Virus record (IMG/VR): IMGVR_UViG_2531839667_000017
Coordinates: 1-41,654 of that record
Length of the DNA: 41,654 nucleotides
Reading direction: 5' to 3' (one strand)
Source of the DNA: a virus
Taxonomy: Duplodnaviria > Heunggongvirae > Uroviricota > Caudoviricetes
This document shows positions 10,757-23,601 of this stretch, piece after piece. Numbering within the stretch: the first letter of the stretch is position 1; every line of letters starts with the position of its first letter. The position numbers were made by a program, and so were the translations under genes. The notes under the pieces were generated by a model that had not been told where the DNA came from, did no database searches, and saw nothing but the letters and a program-made list of their open reading frames with translations.

Positions 10757-11110
10757 TCAGCGGCGACGGTTAACGGCAGGCGGTACGCCCCGCCCAAGCC
10801 AGAGATGACAGCTTCCGCCATCATCCGGCGAAATCCGGTCTATCCAGAAGTTTTCCTCACCGATGCTCAGCGTGTCGCCGCGCCGCAGCTGCCGCACATC
10901 ATCAGTCCGGACAAACAGGGACGGGCTGGAGCCTTCAACGCGCACGCCCTGTCCGGCATAGCTGATATTTTCAGGGTCATCAAAAACACCACGTATCACA
11001 GCACCGGACTGCTCACCGGATGTCATGGTGGCTGACGTTCCCATGTACCCGCGTATCGTTTCATCGGCGCAGGCAATGGCAGCATCGAACAGGTTATCGA
11101 AATCAGCCAC
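10757..11110 (-). CDS. FII: head-tail joining protein FII
   Basis: 117 aa, GTG start at 11108-11110 preceded by GGGAGG; MADFDNLFDAAIA... lambda FII-like. Confidence 0.9.
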   Translation of the reverse strand: MADFDNLFDAAIACADETIRGYMGTSATMTSGEQSGAVIRGVFDDPENISYAGQGVRVEGSSPSLFVRTDDVRQLRRGDTLSIGEENFWIDRISPDDGGSCHLWLGRGVPPAVNRRR

Positions 11111-11121
11111 AGCGCCTCCCG

Positions 11122-11517
11122 TTATTGCATTCTGGCCAGGCCGCGCTCTGTCATTTCAGCTGCCACACCGGCAGAGACACGGAACGCCGTTCCCGGCAGC
11201 ACAAATGCCACAGCCTCATCCCGCGTGGCGTGAAGTGCATCAGTATGCAGCGTCACCAGTGCCACAACCGTGACCAGATCAGCCGTATCAGTCACGGTAT
11301 CCGGCTGCGCTGATACCAACTCATTTTCATGCCCGGTCAGCGCATTTTCCGGGCTGACAGATGTGTCCTGACCGGCAGCGTCATCCGTGTCATTAAGCTC
11401 CTCTTCCAGCTCTGCCACACGGAGTGCCAGTTCTTCTTTCGTCCCCGTCAGGCTGACATCACGGTTCAGTTGCTCACCCAGCACCTGAAGACGGGCAATC
11501 AGTTCATCTTTCGTCAT
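11122..11517 (-). CDS. FI: DNA packaging protein FI
   Basis: 132 aa from ATG 11515-11517 (MTKDELIARLQ...) preceded by GGAGGAG; lambda FI-like. Confidence 0.85.
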   Translation of the reverse strand: MTKDELIARLQVLGEQLNRDVSLTGTKEELALRVAELEEELNDTDDAAGQDTSVSPENALTGHENELVSAQPDTVTDTADLVTVVALVTLHTDALHATRDEAVAFVLPGTAFRVSAGVAAEMTERGLARMQ

Positions 11518-11558
11518 GGACTCCTCCACAGAGAGAAAATGGCCCCGAAGGGCCATGA

Positions 11559-12584
11559 TTACGCCAGTTGTACGGACACGAACGCATCAGGGTCAGCCAG
11601 CAGCATCAGCGGTGCTGACTGAATCATGGTGAACTCACACGCCGGATCGCCGGTGGTCACCCAGTTTTTCGGGTAGCGGGCAGAGGCGTTAATACCTTCG
11701 CGCTGTGCGTCCGCATCCTGAATGCAGCCATAGGTGCGCAGACCGCGTGCCTGAGTGTTCCCCAGCACCATCGTGTTGTCCGGCAGGAAGTTCTTTTTGA
11801 CGTCGTTTTCCACGTACTGTCCGGAATACACGACGATCGCCGTATCGCCATACATCCCCTTATAGGACACCGCTTCGCCCAGGTCTTTTACCGCAGTCTC
11901 CAGCTCGGAATTAGAGCCGCGACGGGTATCCAGCTTCTCCTTGACGGCTTTGAAGGAACGGAACAGCGCCCAGCCTTTCGGATCAAACACGATGATGTTC
12001 ACCACACCGCTGGCGTTCAGCGCGTAGGCTTCGATATCGTCGGTCGGGTCATACGTGGACTTGTCACGCTTGCTCCACTCCGTGCCACCGGACTGTGTGA
12101 TGTTGTTCGCCGCACTGCGGCCCATATCCACCTCAACCGGATCGAAGGCTTCACCGGTCATGGTGTATTTGCCCTTGAGCACAGCAGAAACGGCCTGCAT
12201 CTCTTCGACCTGAGCAATGGCAAGCTCCTCATCACGCATGTTTTGCATGATGATGCGACGGCGGCGGTAAGCCGGATCCGCCAGATTCTGTGGATCTTCA
12301 TCCGGCAGGCGACGCAGGGTCATCTGCGGATTCACCTCATGCTTCGGCTTGACATATCCCGGCGTAAATTCAGAGGTGGAGCCACCACGGGAGCGGATAA
12401 CCTCACCGGAAACAATTGGCGAAACGTACAACGCCATGTTTACCAGTCCCGGAATTTGTGAGAGATAGACTTTCTCCGTGGTGAAGGGATAGCTCTCACG
12501 GAAAAAGAGACGCAGAAACAGCGGATCAAACTTAAATTTCTTCTCATTTGCCGCCAGCAGCTGGGCGGTTGTGTACATCGACAT
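11559..12584 (-). CDS. E: major capsid protein E
   Basis: 341 aa from ATG 12582-12584 (MSMYTTAQLLAANE...); near-identical to lambda E as recalled. Confidence 0.92.
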   Translation of the reverse strand: MSMYTTAQLLAANEKKFKFDPLFLRLFFRESYPFTTEKVYLSQIPGLVNMALYVSPIVSGEVIRSRGGSTSEFTPGYVKPKHEVNPQMTLRRLPDEDPQNLADPAYRRRRIIMQNMRDEELAIAQVEEMQAVSAVLKGKYTMTGEAFDPVEVDMGRSAANNITQSGGTEWSKRDKSTYDPTDDIEAYALNASGVVNIIVFDPKGWALFRSFKAVKEKLDTRRGSNSELETAVKDLGEAVSYKGMYGDTAIVVYSGQYVENDVKKNFLPDNTMVLGNTQARGLRTYGCIQDADAQREGINASARYPKNWVTTGDPACEFTMIQSAPLMLLADPDAFVSVQLA

Positions 12585-12639
12585 AAAAAAATCCCGTAAA
12601 AAAAGCCGCACCGGCGGCCTTTAGTGATGAAGGGTAAGG

Positions 12640-12972
12640 TTAAACGATGCTGATTGCCGTTCCGGCAAACGCGGTCCGTTTTTTCGTCTCGTCGGTGGCA
12701 GCCTCCGGCCAGAGCACATCCTCATAACGGAACGTGCCGGACTTGTAGAACGTCAGCGTGGTGCTGGTCTGGTCAGCAGCAACCGCCAGAATGCCAACGG
12801 CAGCACCGTCGGTGGTGCCATCCCACACAACCAGCTTACGGGTGGAGGTATCCGGCATCAGCGGGGTCATTGCAGGCGCTTTCGCACTCAATCCGCCGGG
12901 CGCGGTTGCCGTATGTGCCGGGTCACTGTTGCCCAGCGGCTGGTAATGGGTAAAGGTTTCTTTGCTCGTCAT
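12640..12972 (-). CDS. D: head decoration protein D
   Basis: 110 aa from ATG 12970-12972 ([27 protein letters not shown]...); lambda D-like. Confidence 0.92.
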   Translation of the reverse strand: MTSKETFTHYQPLGNSDPAHTATAPGGLSAKAPAMTPLMPDTSTRKLVVWDGTTDGAAVGILAVAADQTSTTLTFYKSGTFRYEDVLWPEAATDETKKRTAFAGTAISIV

Positions 12973-12981
12973 AAACATCCC

Positions 12982-13587
12982 TTACACTGGTGTGTTCAGC
13001 AAATCGTTAACGGCATCAGATGCCGGGTTACCTGCAGCCAGCGGTGCCGGTGCCCCCTGCATCAGACGATCCAGCGCAGTGTCACTGCGCGCCTGTGCAC
13101 TCTGTGGTGCAGCTGCCAGAATGCGGCGGGCCGTTTCCACGGTCATACCGGGGGTTTCGGCCAGCACGCGTGCCTGTTCTTCGCGTCCGTGAGCCTCCTC
13201 ACAGTTGAGGATCCCCATAATGCGGCTGTTTTCTGCCGCAACCGCTGCGGTGATCTGCGCGTTCACATCCGGCTGCGCCGCGCTGGCGTTTTTGCCCTCC
13301 GTCGCTTGCACCACGCCAGTAACGTCAGCCTGCGAAGCAGTGGCTGAAACAGTTGTTGATTGAGTCTCTTTGGTCATTCGCCCTCCTGAGAGACGGGATT
13401 TACGTGTATCCAGTGCATCACGCATGACGGTGATCGCATCGGTACTGTTAACAAGTTCATCAGCCAGTCCGGCATCAATGGCCTCCTGACCGCTGTACAC
13501 TGCAGCCTCGGTATCCAGCACAGCCTGCACGGACAGGCCGGTATATGCCGATACCTTCTGTGCAAACATCCGGCGGGTTGCATCCAT
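12982..13587 (-). CDS. nu3: scaffold protein Nu3 (in-frame internal start within C)
   Basis: ATG at 13585-13587 (MDATRRMFAQKVSAYTG...) in the C frame gives 201 aa sharing the C-terminus of C, as for lambda Nu3. Confidence 0.7.
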   Translation of the reverse strand: MDATRRMFAQKVSAYTGLSVQAVLDTEAAVYSGQEAIDAGLADELVNSTDAITVMRDALDTRKSRLSGGRMTKETQSTTVSATASQADVTGVVQATEGKNASAAQPDVNAQITAAVAAENSRIMGILNCEEAHGREEQARVLAETPGMTVETARRILAAAPQSAQARSDTALDRLMQGAPAPLAAGNPASDAVNDLLNTPV

Positions 13588-14281
13588 CCGGGACTGCAGT
13601 GTTTCCCGGACATCATCCGGTAGATGGCTGTAGGGGTTGCCATCCACCTTATGGCTGCCGCTGTAAATCAGCGTGATTTCCACGCCCTGTTTCTCCAGCG
13701 CAGCGCCGTAATTACTGTGAGCCATCATGACGCCGATGGAGCCTGTCCGGGCGGTCTGCGTGACCAGACGCCGGGAGGCGGCACTGGCAAGCAGCTGACC
13801 TGCACTGCAGTTCATGTCGTTGGCCAGCGCCCATACCGGTTTTATGTCACGCACACGGGCGATGATGTCAGCGCAGTCAAATGCCCCCGCCACCATCCCG
13901 CCGGGCGTGTCCATATCGAGCAGAATGCCGTCCACCATCGGATCGCTGGCAGCCTGTTGCAGACGGGCGATAATGCCGTTGTAACCGGTCATCCCCGAAT
14001 ACGGCTGCAGCGCCCGCGTCCGGCTGACCAGCGTGCCGGAAACCGGCAGCACGGCGATGCCGTTCATGACCTGATAACTGCGGGCCTGTCGTGGTCCGTC
14101 ATCATCACCGGATAACGCCAGCGTCGCGGGTGCCTCTCCGGCAGTCAGGCTGTCACCGGACACCGCATCTGTCAGGCGGCTGATCCCAAGCTGGCCTGCA
14201 AGCGCACAAAAGAAAACCCGCGCATAGGCGGGTTCAAGCATCAGCGGCTCATTAAAGGCCATGCTGGCAATATGCGGGAGA

Positions 14282-14301
<20 letters not shown>
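12982..14301 (-). CDS. C: capsid assembly protease C (S49 family)
   Basis: 439 aa from GTG at 14299-14301 (VTAELRNLPHIASMAFNEP...); lambda C-like; 5' end overlaps the 3' end of B. Confidence 0.85.
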
Positions 14302-17982
<3,681 letters not shown>

Positions 17983-18008
<26 letters not shown>

Positions 18009-18528
18009 TCAGCAACCCCGGTATCAGTTCATCCAGCGCGGCTGCTTTGTTCATGGCTTTGATGATATCCCGTTTCAGGAAATCAACATGTCGGTTTTCC
18101 AGTTCCGGAAAACGCCGCTGCACCGACAGTGGGATCCCGTCGAGAATACTGGCAATTTCACCTGCGATCCGCGACAGCACGAAAGTACAGAATGCGGTTT
18201 CCACCACTTCAGCGGAGTCTCTGGCATTTTTCAGCTCCTGTGCGTCGGCCTGCGCACGCGTAAGTCGATGGCGTTCGTACTCAATAGTCCCTGGCTGGAG
18301 ATCTGTCTCGCTGGCCTGCCGCAGTTCTTCAACCTCCCGGCGCAGCTTTTCGTTCTCAATTTCAGCATCCCTTTCGGCATACCATTTTATGACGGCGGCA
18401 GAGTCATAAAGCACCTCATTACCCTTGCCACCGCCTCGCAGAACGGGCATTCCCTGTTCCTGCCAGTTCTGAATGGTACGGATACTCGCACCGAAAATGT
18501 CAGCCAGCTGCTTTTTGTTGACTTCCAT
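17983..18528 (-). CDS. nu1: terminase small subunit Nu1
   Basis: 181 aa, MEVNKKQLADIFGASIRTIQNWQEQGMPV...; lambda Nu1-like; 3' end overlaps A. Confidence 0.92.
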
Positions 18529-18760
18529 TGTTCATTCCACGGACAAAAACAGAGAAAGGAAACGACAAAGGCCAAAAAGCCCGTTTTCAGCACCTGTCGT
18601 TTCCTTTCTTTTCAGGGGGTATTTTAAATAAAAACACTAAGTTACGACGAAGAAGAACGGAAACGCCTTAAACCGGAAAATTTTCATAAATAGCGAAAAC
18701 CCGCGAGGTCGCCGCCCCGTAGCCTGCCGGATCGCCGGAAAGGACCCGCAAGCGTTCTGG
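18529..18760 (-). other. cos site (cosB-cosN-cosQ region); cosN 12-nt cohesive end at 18706-18717
   Basis: Minus strand reads GGGCGGCGACCT CGCGGGTTTTCGCTATTTATGAAAATTTTCCGGTTTAAGGCG..., matching the lambda left end as recalled, directly upstream of Nu1. Confidence 0.85.
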
Positions 18761-19017
18761 TTTATTCGCAATGAATTCAATGTCTGACAGACCAGCGTCG
18801 TGCGACCACGGTCGCACGCTCCTGAATACATGCCCTGTTTCTTCCACCCTCGCACAAGACTGGCGAGCATGAGGGACAAACCCGCGAATCATTAGCGCGG
18901 TAAAAACCCGGTGTGCATCGTTTTGATTATTCCCGCACACTCGCGCAGAAGGAATTCCCCGTCGGGCTACGGTCATGGTTAATGCGGGAATACGGCGACG
19001 ATACAGCGCATAATGTG

Positions 19018-19566
19018 TCAGGCTTGAATACCTTTATCGAATCCCGGTAATAAAAACTGTCCCTGTCTCTCCAGACGTTCCAGCTTTGCAAGCAATTGAG
19101 GTTTTTTCGTTCTCCCCCAGCGATTGAGCAGACGGCCTGACATGCTGGCGACATCCTTCTCTTTCATGTACTCCAGCATTACGGCGTTACGTTCTGCTTC
19201 ATAACTTTCGCTGTACTTACGGAGTTCTGCTGACATCCAGTTAAACGCATTGATATAGGCTTCTTTAACAGCATCGGCTTTTGCCCCGTTAAATCCCATA
19301 ACCAGCATAACGAAGCCACTAAAGTCCATGCGGTAGTAAATCTGTTTCTTGTCAAAAATCCCTAAGTCATTGATTTTCTCGACGGCCCAAAAATGGGTTG
19401 TCGAGAATTCCTCAGAACATCTCAAACATTTAATAGCCCTAATCACATGCTGATGGCGTTTACCAAATGCCCTGGCAATCTGGAAGGTGTCAGTTACCGG
19501 TTGACCTTCTGCTGCGGTAACTAACTGGCGAAAGTCGAAGTCATGATTCGCAATTAATTCATTCAT
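19018..19566 (-). CDS. Rha-family phage regulatory protein (antirepressor-like)
   Basis: 182 aa from ATG 19564-19566; motif FQIARAFGKRHQHVIRAI resembles the Rha family signature; sits between lysis cassette and cos. Confidence 0.55.
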   Translation of the reverse strand: MNELIANHDFDFRQLVTAAEGQPVTDTFQIARAFGKRHQHVIRAIKCLRCSEEFSTTHFWAVEKINDLGIFDKKQIYYRMDFSGFVMLVMGFNGAKADAVKEAYINAFNWMSAELRKYSESYEAERNAVMLEYMKEKDVASMSGRLLNRWGRTKKPQLLAKLERLERQGQFLLPGFDKGIQA

Positions 19567-19718
19567 GGCGTTGCCTGCTTCTTTGAAATGAACCTTTGCC
19601 GCACAGGAAACCAGCCCACCGAGGCTCGCCAGCACTAACTGGTATCCTCAAAGGCCCATTCCAAAGGGTCAGGTTCGGTGTTTATTGTGCGCTGCGGTGC
19701 GCGGTGAAATACCGGTAC

Positions 19719-19747
19719 AAAAATGCCCCGCATCTGCGAGGCATTTT
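19719..19747. terminator. bidirectional intrinsic terminator between Rz and rha
   Basis: A-run, hairpin GCCCCGCA-TCTG-CGAGGC (7-bp stem), then T-run; reads as a terminator on either strand. Confidence 0.6.
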
Positions 19748-19784
19748 CCTGAAAGTCACTTGTTAAATTTCAGTGAAATTAAAA

Positions 19785-20222
19785 TTATTTTAAGCACTGC
19801 GTCCTGATGTATTCCTGCAGGTAGTTAACCTGCGCGGTTATCTTGTCGATTCCACCTCGGAGACGGTAATAATTGAGTTCAGCATCTGCTGTAAGCCCTG
19901 GGCTTTCTCCATCGCCCATGCTGCTGGCTCCGGTCGTTGACTTTGCACAGGTGGCGGAGACTTGCAGGCGCTTACGACCAGCAGAAACATCGGCACGGAG
20001 ACTTTCGATAGTCGCGTTAGCATCAGCAAGTTCCTTTGTATATCTTGCGTCGAGTTCTGCTACATCACGTTGACGCTTCTGCATATCAGCGATGATGGAT
20101 GTGGCTTTATCGCGCTGCTCTTTGTAGGCGATGGCGTTATCACGGTAATGATTAACAGCCCATGACAGGCAGAGGATGATGCAAATAACCAGAGCGGAGA
20201 TAATCGCGGTTACCCTGCTCAT
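19785..20222 (-). CDS. Rz: i-spanin Rz
   Basis: 145 aa from ATG 20220-20222 ([31 protein letters not shown]...); N-terminal TM plus coiled coil; start overlaps endolysin stop. Confidence 0.88.
   Translation of the reverse strand: MSRVTAIISALVICIILCLSWAVNHYRDNAIAYKEQRDKATSIIADMQKRQRDVAELDARYTKELADANATIESLRADVSAGRKRLQVSATCAKSTTGASSMGDGESPGLTADAELNYYRLRGGIDKITAQVNYLQEYIRTQCLK
19838..20029 (-). CDS. Rz1: o-spanin Rz1 (lipoprotein, embedded in Rz in the +1 frame)
   Basis: 63-aa ORF wholly inside Rz; signal peptide ending in lipobox-like LVVSAC, then Pro-rich segment. Confidence 0.7.
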   Translation of the reverse strand: MLMLTRLSKVSVPMFLLVVSACKSPPPVQSQRPEPAAWAMEKAQGLQQMLNSIITVSEVESTR

Positions 20223-20716
20223 TGCTGCCCCCACAAACAGACTTCACGCTCAATATCACGACGGGTCATCAGCCCTTTCCATTGCTTACCGCCAGCGTAT
20301 GTCCAGCGACGTAGCTGGTCACATGCGCCTTTGATATCACCCTGGTTTATTTTGCGAAGAAGCGTCGATGTTCTGAAATTACCAGCGCCCACGTTGTAAA
20401 CGAACGAGTAAAGAGCGCCGCGCGTTGTTTCCGGTATATCGACTTTGATGTACGGGTTAATTTGTCTGGCGACCGTGGCAAGGTCTTTATTCAGGAGGGC
20501 TTTGCATTCTGCTTCGGTATACGTTTTACCGGGAATGATGTCTTTTCCGGTGTGTCCGTGACATACAGTCCATACGCCAACGATATCTTCGTATGGTATG
20601 TAGCTGACACCTTCCAGGCCATCGTCACCACTCGGACCAGTGATGAGCACAGACGCTATGGCAACAGCCCCACCACCAATAGCAGCAGCAACAGCCTTGC
20701 GTAATGATGGCGACAT
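20219..20716 (-). CDS. R: SAR endolysin (lysozyme with N-terminal signal-anchor-release domain), phage-21 R-like
   Basis: 165 aa; Gly/Ala-rich weakly hydrophobic N-terminus ([20 protein letters not shown]) followed by a lysozyme domain; very similar to phage 21 endolysin as recalled. Confidence 0.85.
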   Translation of the reverse strand: MSPSLRKAVAAAIGGGAVAIASVLITGPSGDDGLEGVSYIPYEDIVGVWTVCHGHTGKDIIPGKTYTEAECKALLNKDLATVARQINPYIKVDIPETTRGALYSFVYNVGAGNFRTSTLLRKINQGDIKGACDQLRRWTYAGGKQWKGLMTRRDIEREVCLWGQQ

Positions 20717-20931
20717 TATTCACCTCTCGCAGCCTTACGCTTATCTTCTTTAATCTTGAAATAAAGGTTTGTCAGATACGTCAGCAAGCCAAACACCAGG
20801 CTACCCAATACGCCTATTGCCACCCACTGGGATGGGGAGACTTTGTCCAGCAACTGCAGTAGCCAGTATCCCGTCCCCACCGCTGACGTGGTGTATGACA
20901 CACCTGTTGTGATTTTTTCCATCTGGTACAT
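20716..20931 (-). CDS. S: pinholin, phage-21 S-like, with dual translational starts (ATG 20929-20931 and ATG 20920-20922)
   Basis: 71 aa [26 protein letters not shown]...[14 protein letters not shown]; two TM segments; Met1/Met4 dual-start motif; stop overlaps endolysin start (TAATG). Confidence 0.85.
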   Translation of the reverse strand: MYQMEKITTGVSYTTSAVGTGYWLLQLLDKVSPSQWVAIGVLGSLVFGLLTYLTNLYFKIKEDKRKAARGE

Positions 20932-21339
20932 ACCCCGTCTCCCGTTATCCGGAAGCTGACAACAATAAAAAGCCACCAGTTAATTCCTGATGGCCCTGAT
21001 GCATAAACGTCATAATACCTGACTGTTATGATTGACAATAATGATAATGTTTATATAGAAAGGTTCCCGATGTGTGTTACATATCATTTCTCCACGGGGA
21101 ATATCCCCACGCCAGCGCAGACTCTTTTACCCGTTCTCTTCTGCGCTGGCTCTTTTTTATTATGCTGCTGCATTTACCTCTGGCACCATGCTTTCTATCT
21201 CAACACAATACGTGGTACTTCTTGTAACCAATATCATAACGATTAATCGACATAGAATTTCTCCCGTGTACAGGAACAGAGTTAAAAAGCCGGAACCGGA
21301 ATCAAATCACAGGATGACCATCTGCCAGTGGCAGGTCAT

Positions 21340-21366
21340 AAAAAAAAGGCCGCGCCATGCGCAGCC
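21340..21366 (-). terminator. intrinsic terminator on the late strand (candidate tR')
   Basis: Minus-strand RNA GGCUGCGC-AUG-GCGCGGCC (8-bp stem with one G-U) followed by U8. Confidence 0.65.
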
Positions 21367-21796
21367 AGAACTCACAAGGAAAATGATAGAAGGAAATAAC
21401 ATTAGTGATGTACGCATGGCGCCTCCCGCTAAGTTCTGCAATGATCAAACAGAACTCGCTACGTGCCCTTAAAACTCGATCATTTAGCCCCTCCAAGGAG
21501 GATTCACCATGCGGTTGATTTTTTAATAAACAGTAAACAAAAAAGTCAAGAATTATTCATTCTGTTCTTTCATCATCGGCCACAGCAATACCACAATGCC
21601 GCAGACCAGAGCGCCATCAGTCAGTACCAACATTATCCTGCTGGTGAAATCCATCATCACCATCACTAAAAGCAGGATCACAACAGCAAGCAGACACAGT
21701 TTATAAAACAATGTTCAGAAAACGCATTCAGCATGCCTAAGGTTCTATTCCTACGAATAGCCAACTTGCAACTTAAAATATTATTTATGCAGCCAA

Positions 21797-22555
21797 TTAA
21801 ATTCTGGTCCTTACAATATCAACCTGAAGATTCTTATCTTGTGCTGATTGATAAATGACAAACCTTTTACTACCTGCATTGAAAGAAGTAGACAAAACCA
21901 GACAATTATCATAACGAGCAAGAACATAATACCAACCATCATTATAATTAATCATTTCATATTCTTTCTTAAACTGCGGTTTGTAATATCCTGTCAGAAA
22001 TGAAAAAAGCCAGAAATATGCCACAAAAGCAATCATCACAATCTCAAAAAAATGTTTTTTTATAAATGGCTTATCATAGAAGCATGATACCGATAAAAAT
22101 CGCCCATAAGATCTTATCGAAATTGTAACCGCCAGCGCAATCGCTGCTGACAGTAGCAAAAGAGGTACCTGAATCTTCTGTCTCAATATAGAAAACTCAA
22201 TAATTGCCGGCACAAACAATAATTCCACAGCAAAATAAAGGCGAAATACATTTAGCTCTTGCATAGAATGTTTTCTTTTCACTGCGAAAAAGAATACAAC
22301 ACCAATACCCCAACCGATAAGAAATATAGCAATGACGATAACTGCAAAAAATAAACTTCTGGCAACATCATCAACACCTGCACCTACAATCCACCATGGG
22401 AAGCCGTAGTAAAAAGAAGTACCCCATCCATAGAAATAAGCACTCCCCCATCCAAGGCATCCCATGTAGGCAATAAAAAGTGAAGAACTCCTGAGCAGTG
22501 CACCATCCTTCATAACCACCCCAATACAAGATGATAACATTGGCTTACAACTCAT
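21797..22555 (-). CDS. AT-rich polytopic inner-membrane protein of unknown function (moron)
   Basis: 252-aa ORF (start uncertain; in-frame ATGs at 22555, 22540, 22513); four to five predicted TM helices and a ~55-aa soluble C-terminal tail; markedly AT-rich against flanking phage DNA; lies between pR' and the lysis cassette. Confidence 0.6.
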   Translation of the reverse strand: MSCKPMLSSCIGVVMKDGALLRSSSLFIAYMGCLGWGSAYFYGWGTSFYYGFPWWIVGAGVDDVARSLFFAVIVIAIFLIGWGIGVVFFFAVKRKHSMQELNVFRLYFAVELLFVPAIIEFSILRQKIQVPLLLLSAAIALAVTISIRSYGRFLSVSCFYDKPFIKKHFFEIVMIAFVAYFWLFSFLTGYYKPQFKKEYEMINYNDGWYYVLARYDNCLVLSTSFNAGSKRFVIYQSAQDKNLQVDIVRTRI

Positions 22556-22721
22556 AACAAAAGCAATTCAATGCCGTCAAGAGGTTACAGGCTAAAAAAA
22601 CTCTATTACATTGCAGTCAGCATGTTTACTACACAAATACAATTCAGAGCATAAAAACTACTCGGCGGCAGGTTATTGAGACTCATCAATGACATGTAAA
22701 AAACGCCCATTATTGGTGTCA

Positions 22722-22750
22722 AGTTTCCCCAAAGTTATTCAAAAAGTCAA
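22722..22750 (-). promoter_or_regulatory. late promoter pR' with Q-binding region (-35 TTGACT at 22745-22750; -10-like GAAACT at 22722-22727)
   Basis: Directly downstream of the Q stop; minus strand TTGACT-ttttgaataactttggg-GAAACT is homologous to, but diverged from, lambda pR' as recalled. Confidence 0.55.
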
Positions 22751-22792
22751 TATTATGCCGTTAATATGTTGCCATCCGTGGCAATCATGGCG

Positions 22793-23416
22793 CTAACGTG
22801 TGATCGCATTCAAAATGTTGTCTGCGATTGACTCTTCCTTGTGGCATTGCACAACCAGAGCGTCATACAGCGGCTTAACAGTGCGTGACCAGGTGGGTTG
22901 GGTAAGGTTTGGGATTAGCATCGTCACAGCGCGATATGCGGCGCTTGCTGGCATTCTTGAATAACCGACGCCTTTACATCTTCCGCACTCTTTCTCAGCA
23001 ACTATCCCCCACTGCTCTGTTTTGGCTATATCAACCGCACGGCCTGTACCGTGGCAATCTCTGCATCTTGCGCCCGGCGTAGCGGCACTACGGCAATAAT
23101 CCGCATAAGCGAATGTTGCGAGCACTTGCAGTACCTTTGCCTTAGTATTTCCTTCAAGCTTTGCCACGCCACGGTATTTCCCCGATACCTTGTGTGCAAA
23201 TTGCATCAGATAGTTGATAGCCTTTTGTTTGTCGTTCTGGCTGAGTTCGTGCTTACCGCAGAATGCAGCCATTCCGAATCCGGCTTGTGATTGCGCCATC
23301 CCCATAGCAGCCATCACATCAGTACCGGAAAGAGAGTCAGAAGCCGTGGCCCGTGGTGAGTCGCTCATCATCGGGCTTTTTGGCGAGTGAAATTTAGCTA
23401 CGCTTTCGAGTCTCAT
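22793..23416 (-). CDS. Q: late gene antiterminator Q
   Basis: 207 aa, MRLESVAKFHSPKSPMMSDSPRATASDSLSG...; near-identical to lambda Q as recalled. Confidence 0.92.
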   Translation of the reverse strand: MRLESVAKFHSPKSPMMSDSPRATASDSLSGTDVMAAMGMAQSQAGFGMAAFCGKHELSQNDKQKAINYLMQFAHKVSGKYRGVAKLEGNTKAKVLQVLATFAYADYCRSAATPGARCRDCHGTGRAVDIAKTEQWGIVAEKECGRCKGVGYSRMPASAAYRAVTMLIPNLTQPTWSRTVKPLYDALVVQCHKEESIADNILNAITR

Positions 23417-23601
23417 GGTCTTCCCCTCTTGCCCTGTTTGACCATCAGGACGCCGTTAACTATTACGTGACGCTCGCCTTTGCTGTCTCGGTTGTACTTG
23501 AGCACTGTTCCTCTTGCGCAGGAAAGCATCCTCGCCACTTCGGTCTGATTTCCTCGTGTCTGGATAAGAAGCTCTGGTATCGTTTGAATTGTGGCGTTCA
23601 T
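23413..23601 (-). CDS. ninH: NinH (small DNA-binding protein)
   Basis: 62 aa with GNQTEVAR...RGTV..Y HTH-like motif resembling lambda NinH; start overlaps rusA stop. Confidence 0.75.
   Translation of the reverse strand: MNATIQTIPELLIQTRGNQTEVARMLSCARGTVLKYNRDSKGERHVIVNGVLMVKQGKRGRP

Noticed and set aside
18637-18976. Minus-strand ORFs (80 and 102 aa) spanning the cos region
   Set aside because: They run through cosN and cosQ, the packaging cut site; no RBS; the region is better explained as cos.
21000-21200. Possible tRNA genes between Q and the lysis genes, as in Stx phages
   Set aside because: I found no T-loop or acceptor-stem pattern by eye; the hairpins present (for example GGGGA-ata-TCCCC near 21095) are not part of a cloverleaf.
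21028-21669. Plus-strand ORFs (72, 132 and 68 aa) in the late-leader AT-rich region
   Set aside because: Opposite to the direction of all surrounding late genes; low-complexity translations (His runs); no RBS.
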